Below, piece by piece: positions 19,476 through 28,951 of a stretch of DNA of 34,234 bases; position 1 is the stretch's first letter, and each line of letters opens with the position of its first letter. Under the pieces are notes generated by a model. That model was not told the DNA's origin. It worked only from the letters and a program-made list of their open reading frames with translations, and did not search any database. The translations under genes were made by a program, and so were the position numbers. Source of the stretch: Thermoplasmatota archaeon (lineage in GTDB: Archaea; Thermoplasmatota; Poseidoniia; MGIII; CG-Epi1); contig JAYYHK010000048.1 in assembly GCA_036148495.1 (NCBI GenBank), positions 1 through 34,234 of the forward strand. Reading direction: 5' to 3'.

Positions 19476-22400
19476 CTATGTTCTTTTGGATCTATAGCTA
19501 ACGTATGCTAATCCACCAACAAGTCCAACAACTACAAGAGCAATCATTCTGAAAGAATTGTCATCGTCATCAGATACTGAGCTGACAGAAATTGTGATAG
19601 CCTTTTCGTTATTTGTCGAGTCTACCTCGTTCAAGGTTACAGAGGGGTCAATTGCAACTCTCAATGGGTGTGAGCCCTTTGTAGCAGTCCATGTAGCCGT
19701 TACGGTAACTTCTTCATCATCAGTTCCCTCAAAAAGGATAGTAGTTACGTTGAAAGGCTCGTCACCATCATAAAATACAATAGGTACATTGTGAATTCCT
19801 GTGTTGTTTACTAGGTTAGAAATTGTAGCAGTTAATGTTACTTCAGTTCCTACTGTAGGAACTTCAGGGTTCCACAATAACTCGGATACAGTAAAGTCAG
19901 GACTTTGTGCTTCTATTGGCGTCACACCTATCTCAAATGTATGCGTTACGTCATCGACTTGGTTATCGCTTCCGTCGGTCCAGGAAACAGTAACACTGAA
20001 TGTTTCTTTTTCATTCACTGTTACAGTTTGATCTGGAGTTATCTTCAATTCAGAAGTTACATTTTCTCCAAAATTAACACCCCATTTGTTTGGAACAAAT
20101 TCAGCAGTCCAATTACTTGGGATGCTATCTACACTTAGTTCATAGATAGTGTTTAAGTGACCGTTTGAAGAACCGTTGAAATTGAAAGTTACAGTTTGAC
20201 CCAATGCAACATTAGCTTCGGTTCTATCGACATTAACTTCAATTCCTCTCATCAGTTTCTTTTCGACAGTCTGATTTTGAAGAACACCGTCTTTCTCATC
20301 AGTAATATTTGCATTACTATTTAGATTGTAAACATAATCCTGTTCACCAGACAAGTCTTTGTGTTCACTTACTAGGCTGTAAATTCCGTCAGGAACCGTA
20401 ACATCTAGAATACCATTGTTAACCTCAATTTCAAAGCTAAAATTATCACCGTCCATTTCTATTTCATCGAAATCAATAGTTTCAGAATCTGCTGAAGAAA
20501 GATATGTTTCTCTAAAATTAATACCACGATTTAATGACGCATTTAGAGTAAATGCCCCTTCTAGTTCTAATTCAGCTATGTCGACATAACTAGTATCTTC
20601 ATTTGAATAAATCCAATATTGGTATGCACCAGTGTAAAGGTAGATTTCGTATTCTCCATTTTCGTCGGCCGTGGCATTAAATTGAACATTAGTACCTGCC
20701 ATGTTCCATATTTCTATTTCTGAATTTGGTAATAAGTCATCGGTATTAGCCACTCCATTGAAATCACGATCGTAAAATACTGTACCTGATAATTTTACTC
20801 TCCAATCAGATTCTCTTTTGAATGTTTGTTGTTCTTTTCCAGCTTTAACATTTAGGTTTTGAGCATTCAATTTAAAGCGTTCATTATCTCCATCTTCAAA
20901 GTGAGTCATTTCTATTTCATATGTTCTTGGAATCATATCAGAAAGAGTGATAGTTCCGTTCTCATCAGTAGTGAACGTTTCATCGTAATCAGCGAAAGAG
21001 TTTGTAAATCTTACATTAGCATTAGAAACAGGTAATTTACTTCCAGTTGCATTATTGTAAGTAACTTCCAAAGTGACGTTAACGGCGGTAGGATCTAACG
21101 TAATAGTATATTTGTCAGTGTCACCATCTACTACAAAATTATCTTCGAATAGCTCATACCCTTCAACATCTACTACAACAGAATATAGTCCATTAGGTAA
21201 ATCAATTTTGCCATAATCTATCGTGGAACCAAATAGCCCCTCGTCGGCAATTGTTTCGGTAATAAATACTATGTTATCTTCAGATTCAAATCGTACTTCT
21301 ATGGCGTTACCTTGTATTAAATCACCATCAGATGAAGAGATTACTTCACCTCTAAAGTTACCCTCATTTTTTAAGGTTAAATTATATTCTCTAGCGCTAT
21401 TTATAGTAACGGCACCGAGGAAGCTGTAGTGTTTGCTGCTAACTCCGTCTTGGAAGCTTACGTAGTAGTTTCCTTGTGACAAGCTTCCGGAGTATCCTTC
21501 AAACTTAGTGATATCGAATGTAGTAGAATTATCAGAATCACTTACAGGAGTAAAGGTAACCATTCCGTCTTCAGTAATATCATTCAAAGTTGCAAATCCA
21601 CTAATATCATATTTCTTTTCAGCACTTACATTTCCTAGGTCAAGGTTATCTTGTCCAATTTCAATATCAATTTGACCTAATGCAAAATATCTTGTTCCAT
21701 TTTCATGGTATGAAAACGAGTAAAGATAATTATCAGGAGGTAAAATTACGTCTGTCAGCATTCCGTCACCATCAGTACTAAAGTTTAGGAAGTATGAAGG
21801 ATCAGAAATTGGAGAGAATGAAATATCGGCATTAGCAATACCGCTGTTTTCAAACACAAATTTGCCTTGAATGTTTGTAGGAATACGTGCCATTTCTACA
21901 ATTAATTCTTTCTCAGCATTTAGTTCGAAATCTGTTATCTCTACTCGACTATTATTTGTTTCGGTAGACATTTCATATATTTTTTCAAAGGTATATCCAT
22001 ATTTTTGGGCACTTATTTCATATGAATTTATTGGTAATGTAATCATGATGCTGGGGTCTGAAGCCCATACGTTTAGAGCTCCAGTTGTTTCTCCGTCAAA
22101 ATTCACTAAGCCTTCTAGAGGAATTTCGTTACCTAAATGCTCTTCATACATTACGATTACTACATCCTGACCATAGTTGGAAGAAAGATTTGAATTTTCA
22201 TCTTCATCAGTCAAAATTACGGGTTGCAGTGCTACAAGATTTTGCCCATCTCCGCCTATGTGTGCATAGGCATTGTAAATACCTGCAGGCAAGATTAATT
22301 CATACTCACCATCAAAAGTACTAGTAGTGGATACGGTCCCACCTGCAGTAGAATCAAAAGTAATTTTAATATCTTCAAATCCTTTTTCATCATCGTCTAG

Positions 22401-25400
22401 AGTTTTACTTCCATTAACATCTTCGAATAATTTACCTTCAACAACATAACCGAGTCCCATTGCTGCAACAATAGGTAGTGAAATGGTATTACTATCGACG
22501 CGTTCTAAATATGCTAAGGTATCATTTCCTTTTTGGTGTAGCGTGAACAAGTCATAAGTTCCCTCTGGCAATACCGTGGCGAAGTAACCATTCTCATTGG
22601 TGAATACATTATAGCTATCAACTAAATTTACATTTCTTATTGATATTTGTTCATCAGCTATACCTTGACCAGCATGAGACAAAGTACCTTCAACCCGGAA
22701 TCCGTTTCTTAATGTAGCCTCATAGCCAAGAGAAGTACCTTTTTCAAGAGTAATATCGACACTATTATTTTGCCAATTAGCAGTATTATCAGCCAGTAAT
22801 CCTTCATTTTCTAGCCTTAAAGTGTAGTTACCAGGCAATAATTTTTCAAAACAGAAAGAAACTGGGCGATCATCGCCCTCATCTGGACAATCTGAGCCTT
22901 GTAGATAATTCTGATTCAAGAAAGTACTTTCTACAAGGCTACCGTTTGTTTCATCATACAATGATACTGTAATTTCAGTATTTCCTATTTCATCAGCAGA
23001 TAAAAATTGACCCCATATTGTACTTGGCTCTAGAGATTCTGTAATTTCAATGTCTTGGCCTGCACGAGTTGCAGAAGCGCCTAGATAGGAGCCTAGAGTA
23101 ATTTCGTGTTCTTCAACTACAGTTGTGATTGTATATTCACCTGGAGCTAGGCCTATGAATTCATACTTTCCGTTCGCATTTGTGTTGACAATTGTTTCTA
23201 CTCCTGAACGGATGTTAGTAGCTTTAATTGGTGTGACTGGCAGAGCTTCGTCTACACTTCCACTAAAAGTACCATCATCATCCATGTCCCAGAATAATCT
23301 TCCAGTGATGTTGGTAGGCTCAATTTCAATATCTATGTCAAATGTTGAGTTAACACCAGGGTATCTCATTGCAGCTTCCTCAGAAATATTTACTTTCAAT
23401 AAATCGTCTGCCGAGGTTCCTGTCAAAATATTATTGCTAACTTTTCTAATTTTTTCATCGTCTGAGGTTAATTCACCTATAGAAACAAATACACTTACAT
23501 TTCCGGCAACAGACAATACTGAATACTTCCCATTTTCATCAGTAGTAGTGCTGCCATGAGGAATTCCATATTCGTCTAAAATAGTTACATTTGCGTTGGC
23601 TACAGGATCACCATTTGGCGTTGAAACTGTACCTTGAATTGTTGCTCCATCGTAATATTTCAACATTCTTAATTGAGTACCTGATGATTTGATTAGCTTG
23701 AAGTGAGTCATGTTCCAGCCAGGTGCTGGCATCTTCCCTTCTTGTGCTATTGAACCTGTGATTCCAGGTATTCCATCCGAAATAGGTCGGCCGATATCTG
23801 TGGCAGACCATCCTATGAAAGCTCTAAAGAACATAGAGTTCAAAAATTGTTCTTTGTAGACAAGCACATCAGATTCGATAGTTAAAGAAGGGTTTGTCTT
23901 TAACAATTCGTTAATTTCATCGGCAGGTAAAGTTTGCCCGTTTGATAAAGTATATTGAACTTCTACATAGTCGTTGATATTGTAATCAGCCAAACTGATA
24001 GGTGCGTATAGAATTCCGGTTTGCCCTGGTTTTGGTCCATATGCCATCATTCTAGTATCGGCTGCAAAATATCGAATAGATTTACCAGTAATTTGCTCTA
24101 CTTCCCAAAGTAAATCTGAAATTGTAGTAATATCCATAGTCATTAGAATTACTTTACCAGCTCTAATTGCAGCATTTCTTTTGTTAACATCTTTTTCGCT
24201 TCCGTCAGAATTCTTAGGAATATAATCTTCTGGATTTGCTACGATATGTTCTAGTGCAGAAACATTCTCCTCATTTAGATATCCTTCTAAAATTTTACTT
24301 CTAACTTCAGAATTCAGTCTATCAGAGTCTCTACTTACTTCAGTCTCTAGAATCCTGTAAAGAAGGAGCGACATAGCTTCATGTTCAGACTGAGATGCGA
24401 TGAAATTACCTGCAATTTGGTAACCATATTGGAAATTATCAGCAACAGTAGGGTGCTCACCAATCTCAATTGCCCAGAATCCGTAATCCCACCAAGCCAT
24501 GAATCCAGGCCTATCTTCTGGAGCTTTTTCAGTATCTTGTTCAGCCAACCACTCAAGACCATCAATCCAATAGTCTGAAGGGAAAGAAGGCCCTGTGTTA
24601 CCCATGTACCATAACTGGTTCGAGCTTAAGTTAGGTGTATACATACCACCGACACCGTCAGGGTACAGAGTTTCATTGTTTCTTTGGCCGTAATCAAATT
24701 CTTCAGGTCTGAAGAAGTCATAACTTAGGAAATTGTAAATATCAGCGTCATGTTCTTTTTTATCTTCGTAGGGAACTCCAGCATCATAGCCATAGAATGT
24801 GTTTGGTAGGAATATGAATAAGCCAACGAAAAGAGCAACTAATGGCCTTTTTATTTCGAAGGATTTTCTTAACCCACTAATTCTATCACGGAAACGATAT
24901 TGGTCGATATCTTGAGCATCCATGTGCCCAATTACCATAATTAATACAATCAAAATAGTTGCAGTTAAAAGTCCAACTAGTACACTTATGGTAAAGAAGA
25001 ACCAAAATCCGATAGCAGCAGAAAGTAATGAAAGCCAGTAGAACAAGTTTCCACGTTTCCCCCAGTAGCTAGTCCATGTTTGTAATATAGCCGGGAAATC
25101 AGCCCATTGAATTATTAGCCAAGTCATCCAACCGCTTATTAGTGAAACAACAGGTGTTGCATTGAAAATAAAACGAACAGCTGACTGAGCCATAAATAAA
25201 GACACGAAAGCCCAGATCATTACAAACAGATAGTCTTTCTTCCACACACTTTGGTTGAATAGTTGATATGCCATCCAAATGACTCCGAAGATTGCCAACC
25301 AAATTGACACCGGCCCAAATGCAAATACAAAATCTGCAAATTCAGGAGGTTGAGCCTCAGCAATAGTATTGAAAAGTTTGGTTCTTACGAAATATCCTTG

Positions 25401-26558
25401 TCCACTGAATAGTAAGAATCCGAGTTCAGTGAAAACATATGTTAGTAGCAGGTAGAAGGCAAGGGCAACTAGTGCTGAACTTCCGATTACCAATAGCCAA
25501 GGTAAATCTCTAGTTGTCACCATCAATAAAGACATGATAACATAACCAAGCAAAATGTAAGCTGGAGCTTCCCACCAAGTATCGATGAAGCCCAATGTGT
25601 GGTAGTAAGGATAGGATAAAATTACAGGTAGACCTAGAGTGATTAATCCTATCATTCCGGTTGTTAAACTATCAACTCGTCTGAACGCATTGATTAACAT
25701 CTGAAAACCTAAGTAAATAGCAATGATTGCCATAATGTATGGGAATCCTTTCCAACTCATTGCAATCATAGCTATAGTCATACCTGCCAACCCGGCATAA
25801 CCTAGAGCTAGTTTTTCATTTTTAATCAAATCACTAAAACCTTTCTTAATACTATCAAAATTAGTCCAATCTGAAACCCACTTTCTATCATTAGATACAG
25901 TTAAAGCTCTCATAAAGAAAAAGAAAGTAGTAGTACCAAACAAAATTATGTATGAATCGTGATCAGCTAGAGCCAAACTTGAATGACTTACATGACTTGC
26001 GTTCACTCCAATTAAGAAGGCTCCAAGAAGTCCCGCTTCTTTACCAAATTGAGCTCTACCAATAGCATAAACAGGGAATACAATTAAAGCACCGTAAATT
26101 GCAGGTAATATTTGCATAGCCCACCAAACAGAATCTTCGGTTGAATCGAAAAGAGGTGAGAATATTAATCCAATTATTGCAATAGACCAATCGAATAACG
26201 GTGGACGGTTATTATTTGCACCATAAGGATAGTTTAGCATTGGATCTTTCTGCAGATGTTCACCGTTATCAACAACATGATCAACAACGTGTTTGTGGTA
26301 GTAAGGGTCACTACCTCCAGTTAATTGGTAGCCGTCTTCAGTCGCAGGTTCAGCAGTCCAAGCGGTTCTAATGTAAAGTGAAAATACAAAAATTAGAACT
26401 AGTAATCCTACAGTTCTCCAGTCAACTTTACTGGTTTTTTTAACAAGTCCTACTTTCTCAATACCTGCAGAGGGAGCTCTGCTGATAGAAGGAGTTGGGC
26501 GATTCTTGAAGCGACTCTTTACCTTAGAGTCACGTCGACGACGTGTTTGTCTTGCCAT
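19476..26558 (-). CDS. aglB: Giant (2360 aa) AglB/STT3-type oligosaccharyltransferase fused to about 1400 aa of carboxypeptidase-regulatory-like beta-sandwich repeats, a CARDB-like domain and a C-terminal TM anchor
   Basis: Catalytic WWDYG at aa 689-693 (nt 24480-24494). The EL5 motif TIAE is at nt 25356-25367. The first-loop acidic motif is SDPYYH (aa 83-88). The second motif is ADHD (DHD = nt 25956-25964). There are about 13 hydrophobic helices in aa 45-590. From aa ~970 there are repeated units of the type G.V....G.P...A.V.....G......TDENGKY. The CARDB-like segment is at about 19584-19916. The terminal helix is MIALVVVGLVGGLAYV, followed by RSKRT. Confidence 0.88.
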   Translation of the reverse strand: MARQTRRRRDSKVKSRFKNRPTPSISRAPSAGIEKVGLVKKTSKVDWRTVGLLVLIFVFSLYIRTAWTAEPATEDGYQLTGGSDPYYHKHVVDHVVDNGEHLQKDPMLNYPYGANNNRPPLFDWSIAIIGLIFSPLFDSTEDSVWWAMQILPAIYGALIVFPVYAIGRAQFGKEAGLLGAFLIGVNASHVSHSSLALADHDSYIILFGTTTFFFFMRALTVSNDRKWVSDWTNFDSIKKGFSDLIKNEKLALGYAGLAGMTIAMIAMSWKGFPYIMAIIAIYLGFQMLINAFRRVDSLTTGMIGLITLGLPVILSYPYYHTLGFIDTWWEAPAYILLGYVIMSLLMVTTRDLPWLLVIGSSALVALAFYLLLTYVFTELGFLLFSGQGYFVRTKLFNTIAEAQPPEFADFVFAFGPVSIWLAIFGVIWMAYQLFNQSVWKKDYLFVMIWAFVSLFMAQSAVRFIFNATPVVSLISGWMTWLIIQWADFPAILQTWTSYWGKRGNLFYWLSLLSAAIGFWFFFTISVLVGLLTATILIVLIMVIGHMDAQDIDQYRFRDRISGLRKSFEIKRPLVALFVGLFIFLPNTFYGYDAGVPYEDKKEHDADIYNFLSYDFFRPEEFDYGQRNNETLYPDGVGGMYTPNLSSNQLWYMGNTGPSFPSDYWIDGLEWLAEQDTEKAPEDRPGFMAWWDYGFWAIEIGEHPTVADNFQYGYQIAGNFIASQSEHEAMSLLLYRILETEVSRDSDRLNSEVRSKILEGYLNEENVSALEHIVANPEDYIPKNSDGSEKDVNKRNAAIRAGKVILMTMDITTISDLLWEVEQITGKSIRYFAADTRMMAYGPKPGQTGILYAPISLADYNINDYVEVQYTLSNGQTLPADEINELLKTNPSLTIESDVLVYKEQFLNSMFFRAFIGWSATDIGRPISDGIPGITGSIAQEGKMPAPGWNMTHFKLIKSSGTQLRMLKYYDGATIQGTVSTPNGDPVANANVTILDEYGIPHGSTTTDENGKYSVLSVAGNVSVFVSIGELTSDDEKIRKVSNNILTGTSADDLLKVNISEEAAMRYPGVNSTFDIDIEIEPTNITGRLFWDMDDDGTFSGSVDEALPVTPIKATNIRSGVETIVNTNANGKYEFIGLAPGEYTITTVVEEHEITLGSYLGASATRAGQDIEITESLEPSTIWGQFLSADEIGNTEITVSLYDETNGSLVESTFLNQNYLQGSDCPDEGDDRPVSFCFEKLLPGNYTLRLENEGLLADNTANWQNNSVDITLEKGTSLGYEATLRNGFRVEGTLSHAGQGIADEQISIRNVNLVDSYNVFTNENGYFATVLPEGTYDLFTLHQKGNDTLAYLERVDSNTISLPIVAAMGLGYVVEGKLFEDVNGSKTLDDDEKGFEDIKITFDSTAGGTVSTTSTFDGEYELILPAGIYNAYAHIGGDGQNLVALQPVILTDEDENSNLSSNYGQDVVIVMYEEHLGNEIPLEGLVNFDGETTGALNVWASDPSIMITLPINSYEISAQKYGYTFEKIYEMSTETNNSRVEITDFELNAEKELIVEMARIPTNIQGKFVFENSGIANADISFSPISDPSYFLNFSTDGDGMLTDVILPPDNYLYSFSYHENGTRYFALGQIDIEIGQDNLDLGNVSAEKKYDISGFATLNDITEDGMVTFTPVSDSDNSTTFDITKFEGYSGSLSQGNYYVSFQDGVSSKHYSFLGAVTINSAREYNLTLKNEGNFRGEVISSSDGDLIQGNAIEVRFESEDNIVFITETIADEGLFGSTIDYGKIDLPNGLYSVVVDVEGYELFEDNFVVDGDTDKYTITLDPTAVNVTLEVTYNNATGSKLPVSNANVRFTNSFADYDETFTTDENGTITLSDMIPRTYEIEMTHFEDGDNERFKLNAQNLNVKAGKEQQTFKRESDWRVKLSGTVFYDRDFNGVANTDDLLPNSEIEIWNMAGTNVQFNATADENGEYEIYLYTGAYQYWIYSNEDTSYVDIAELELEGAFTLNASLNRGINFRETYLSSADSETIDFDEIEMDGDNFSFEIEVNNGILDVTVPDGIYSLVSEHKDLSGEQDYVYNLNSNANITDEKDGVLQNQTVEKKLMRGIEVNVDRTEANVALGQTVTFNFNGSSNGHLNTIYELSVDSIPSNWTAEFVPNKWGVNFGENVTSELKITPDQTVTVNEKETFSVTVSWTDGSDNQVDDVTHTFEIGVTPIEAQSPDFTVSELLWNPEVPTVGTEVTLTATISNLVNNTGIHNVPIVFYDGDEPFNVTTILFEGTDDEEVTVTATWTATKGSHPLRVAIDPSVTLNEVDSTNNEKAITISVSSVSDDDDNSFRMIALVVVGLVGGLAYVSYRSKRT

Positions 26559-26620
26559 TGATGTTGTGTCCTTCCTGCCTCTTTAGAAATCAGAGACGGA
26601 TTGGGCGCCACTCGGATGGT

Positions 26621-26628
26621 TATATAAG
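26621..26628 (-). promoter_or_regulatory. Candidate TATA box for aglB
   Basis: The - strand reads cttatata about 65 nt upstream of the ATG (26558), implying a leader of about 40 nt. A purine-rich aggaagg lies about 10 nt before the ATG. Confidence 0.3.
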
Positions 26629-26658
26629 CTCTGCCCTAAAATCAGCTTTGAATCGTGC

Positions 26659-27948
26659 TTAAGATGAAGGTTGTATTTCACCAATACAATTTCCAAATCC
26701 AATCTTGTAACCTTTTCCTTTACAGAAACCTTTCAAAGTTATAACATCGCCATCTTCCAAGAAAGTTCTTTTTTCACCATTAGGAAGTGTAATTGGTTCT
26801 TTCCCACCCCATGCAATTTCTAGCATAGAACCTCGACTGTCTTTGTCAGGTCCGGAGATAGTTCCACTTGCTAATAGGTCCCCTGTTCGTAAATTACAAC
26901 CCGTGATTGTATGATGCGCAATCTGTTGAGCCATATTCCAATACAAATAGTTGTAATTTGTTCTAGATATTACGCAGGATTCATTCATTTCTTTAGTTTG
27001 CAAGTGTACTTCTAGTTCAATATCAAAATTGTGATCATTTTTATTTTTTAAGTAGTCAAAGGGTTCAGGTTCTTGCTTTGGGCTCTTACATCTGAACGGT
27101 TCCAGAGCTTCTAGAGTAATTATCCAAGGAGATATAGACGTTACAAAGTTTTTTGCTAGAAAAGGTCCTAGTGGGATATATTCCCATGTTTGAATATCTC
27201 TTGCTGACCAATCGTTAACTAAAGATAATCCAAAAACATGATTTTCAGCTTCATCTACGGGAATAGGTTCTGAAAGTAAATTGCCTGAACCAATCAAAAC
27301 CCCCATCTCAAGTTCAAAATCTAGTCTTTTACAATCACCAAAAACAGGCTCATCAGAATTTGGTGGCTTGGTCTGACCTTTTGGCCTAACAATGTCAGTT
27401 CCACTTAGCACAACGGACGAGGCACGACCATGATATCCTACAGGAATATGGAGCCAATTCGGCATCAAAGCAGCGTCAGGCCCTCTGAACATTGTTCCAA
27501 CATTTGTGGCGTGTTCTCTAGATGAATAAAAATCAGTATAATCTCCAACATCAACTGGCAATTCCATGTTGACGTTTTCCTTTGGAATTACGGCGATTTT
27601 TCTCAATTCTTCGTTGTCACGTAGCATAGGATTATCTTCACTTAAGACTTCACTAATTTTCATTCGGGTCTCTTTCCATGCTTTTCTTCCCATTGACATA
27701 AATGCGTTCAATGTAGGTTCATGGAAAATTTCAGCATCTTCTATTTCAGTACCTTCAAAGATTCCAGCGTCATCCAAGTGGGCTAAATCAATTACGAAAT
27801 CACCAATTGCAGTTACAACATGCAAGTCTCCGCCTTCTTTTGGGCTACAGACTCCAAAAGGTATATTCTGAATAGGGAAATCAGAATTTTCGTCTACATT
27901 TATCCAAGATTTTAGATTTGAATCGTGTGTTTTGTCCATTACATCCAT
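26659..27948 (-). CDS. fahA: Fumarylacetoacetase (long, eukaryote-like form with an N-terminal domain)
   Basis: The N-terminal FPIQNIPFGV motif, then DFYSS..H..N.G, GYHGRASS, LDFELEMG, FGL.L.NDWSARDIQ.WEY.PLGPF..K.F. The protein is 429 aa. An alternative ATG at 27939 would give a TAATG overlap with the upstream gene. Confidence 0.9.
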   Translation of the reverse strand: MDVMDKTHDSNLKSWINVDENSDFPIQNIPFGVCSPKEGGDLHVVTAIGDFVIDLAHLDDAGIFEGTEIEDAEIFHEPTLNAFMSMGRKAWKETRMKISEVLSEDNPMLRDNEELRKIAVIPKENVNMELPVDVGDYTDFYSSREHATNVGTMFRGPDAALMPNWLHIPVGYHGRASSVVLSGTDIVRPKGQTKPPNSDEPVFGDCKRLDFELEMGVLIGSGNLLSEPIPVDEAENHVFGLSLVNDWSARDIQTWEYIPLGPFLAKNFVTSISPWIITLEALEPFRCKSPKQEPEPFDYLKNKNDHNFDIELEVHLQTKEMNESCVISRTNYNYLYWNMAQQIAHHTITGCNLRTGDLLASGTISGPDKDSRGSMLEIAWGGKEPITLPNGEKRTFLEDGDVITLKGFCKGKGYKIGFGNCIGEIQPSS

Positions 27949-28946
27949 CCTAATTGTTTTAAGTCATCCATGGGCTCTTGAAAAGAGCAACTGCCAAATG
28001 AAATTCCATTATTTTGTCTGCTTTTTTCAATTGTTTCATTCCCAATTTCAAATCTGGAATCACGATCATCTCCCACCTTCCATACCATTTTATCTTCTAA
28101 AAATTCAAAGTCGTCTTCGTTTTGGCAATCAATCATGTGTGCCAATAAAATAAACATTCGAAATTTTTCTTGTTCATTTCCAGGTTTAGGAAATGTCGTA
28201 GCGAATGCACTAGCACTAAACATATTTATGAATCCATGCATTTCAGTATCGTATTCGTTTGAATGATGTCTCAATGGATGATGTAATCCTGCAGTAAATT
28301 TGAGAGGAACATTGTAGATGCTACAATTTTGTATCATCGCAGCGACCTGTTCAACAGATGGAAAAGCCTCTTTCACAATTCCTCCACACCTGATCTTTAT
28401 TCCCGTATTACCTAGAGTTGAAATCATTTTAATTGTTGGTGTAATTTTTTCATCCCATTCCCCATCATCTTCATTTGTAGCATAATTTATCCCAACATAC
28501 GGCAGCTCAGGAAATTCATGGTAATGTTCAAGATTGTTTGAATTTAGAATTTCAATAACACTTGTCATTGTATTTTTTGAAGGTGATGTGGAAGGTAGTT
28601 TAGTTTCTATGACTTCAATTGAAATTTTTCCCTTATGTTTTTCTCTGTAATCATTAATCATATCAATTTCTTTTTTGGTTTGGTGAAGAAATTCTCTATC
28701 TGAATTAGTTTGTCCACCCAAAACAGACAATTTTAATGTTCCAATCCCGTCAAACTTTGGAATGAATTCTTCTAAATCTTTTAGTTGGGATACAGGCATG
28801 ATAAATCTTCCTAGAATCCATTTTTTATTATCTTTGAAATGAGAAATATACTCAGCTACAGCCTCATTCAAAGGTAACTTGGCAGGAGGAAATAGACCAG
28901 CATAGTCTATCAACCCATTCATGAGTGTTTGAAGACTATTTTTCAT
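27939..28946 (-). CDS. Uncharacterised 335-aa protein embedded in the homogentisate operon; function unknown
   Basis: The ORF is intact and compositionally like its neighbours. It starts 5 nt after the HGD stop, and its end overlaps the FAH start by 10 nt. Local motifs are DYAGLFPPAKLP, IRCGG and KFTAGLHHPLRHH. I cannot assign a family. Confidence 0.6.
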   Translation of the reverse strand: MKNSLQTLMNGLIDYAGLFPPAKLPLNEAVAEYISHFKDNKKWILGRFIMPVSQLKDLEEFIPKFDGIGTLKLSVLGGQTNSDREFLHQTKKEIDMINDYREKHKGKISIEVIETKLPSTSPSKNTMTSVIEILNSNNLEHYHEFPELPYVGINYATNEDDGEWDEKITPTIKMISTLGNTGIKIRCGGIVKEAFPSVEQVAAMIQNCSIYNVPLKFTAGLHHPLRHHSNEYDTEMHGFINMFSASAFATTFPKPGNEQEKFRMFILLAHMIDCQNEDDFEFLEDKMVWKVGDDRDSRFEIGNETIEKSRQNNGISFGSCSFQEPMDDLKQLGWM

Positions 28947-28951
28947 CTAAT

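Noticed and set aside
19558-25302. About a dozen 65-144-aa ORFs on either strand inside the aglB fusion gene
   Set aside because: All are nested in the 7083-nt uninterrupted reading frame that carries the OST catalytic motifs. None has a recognisable motif or a promoter-like context.
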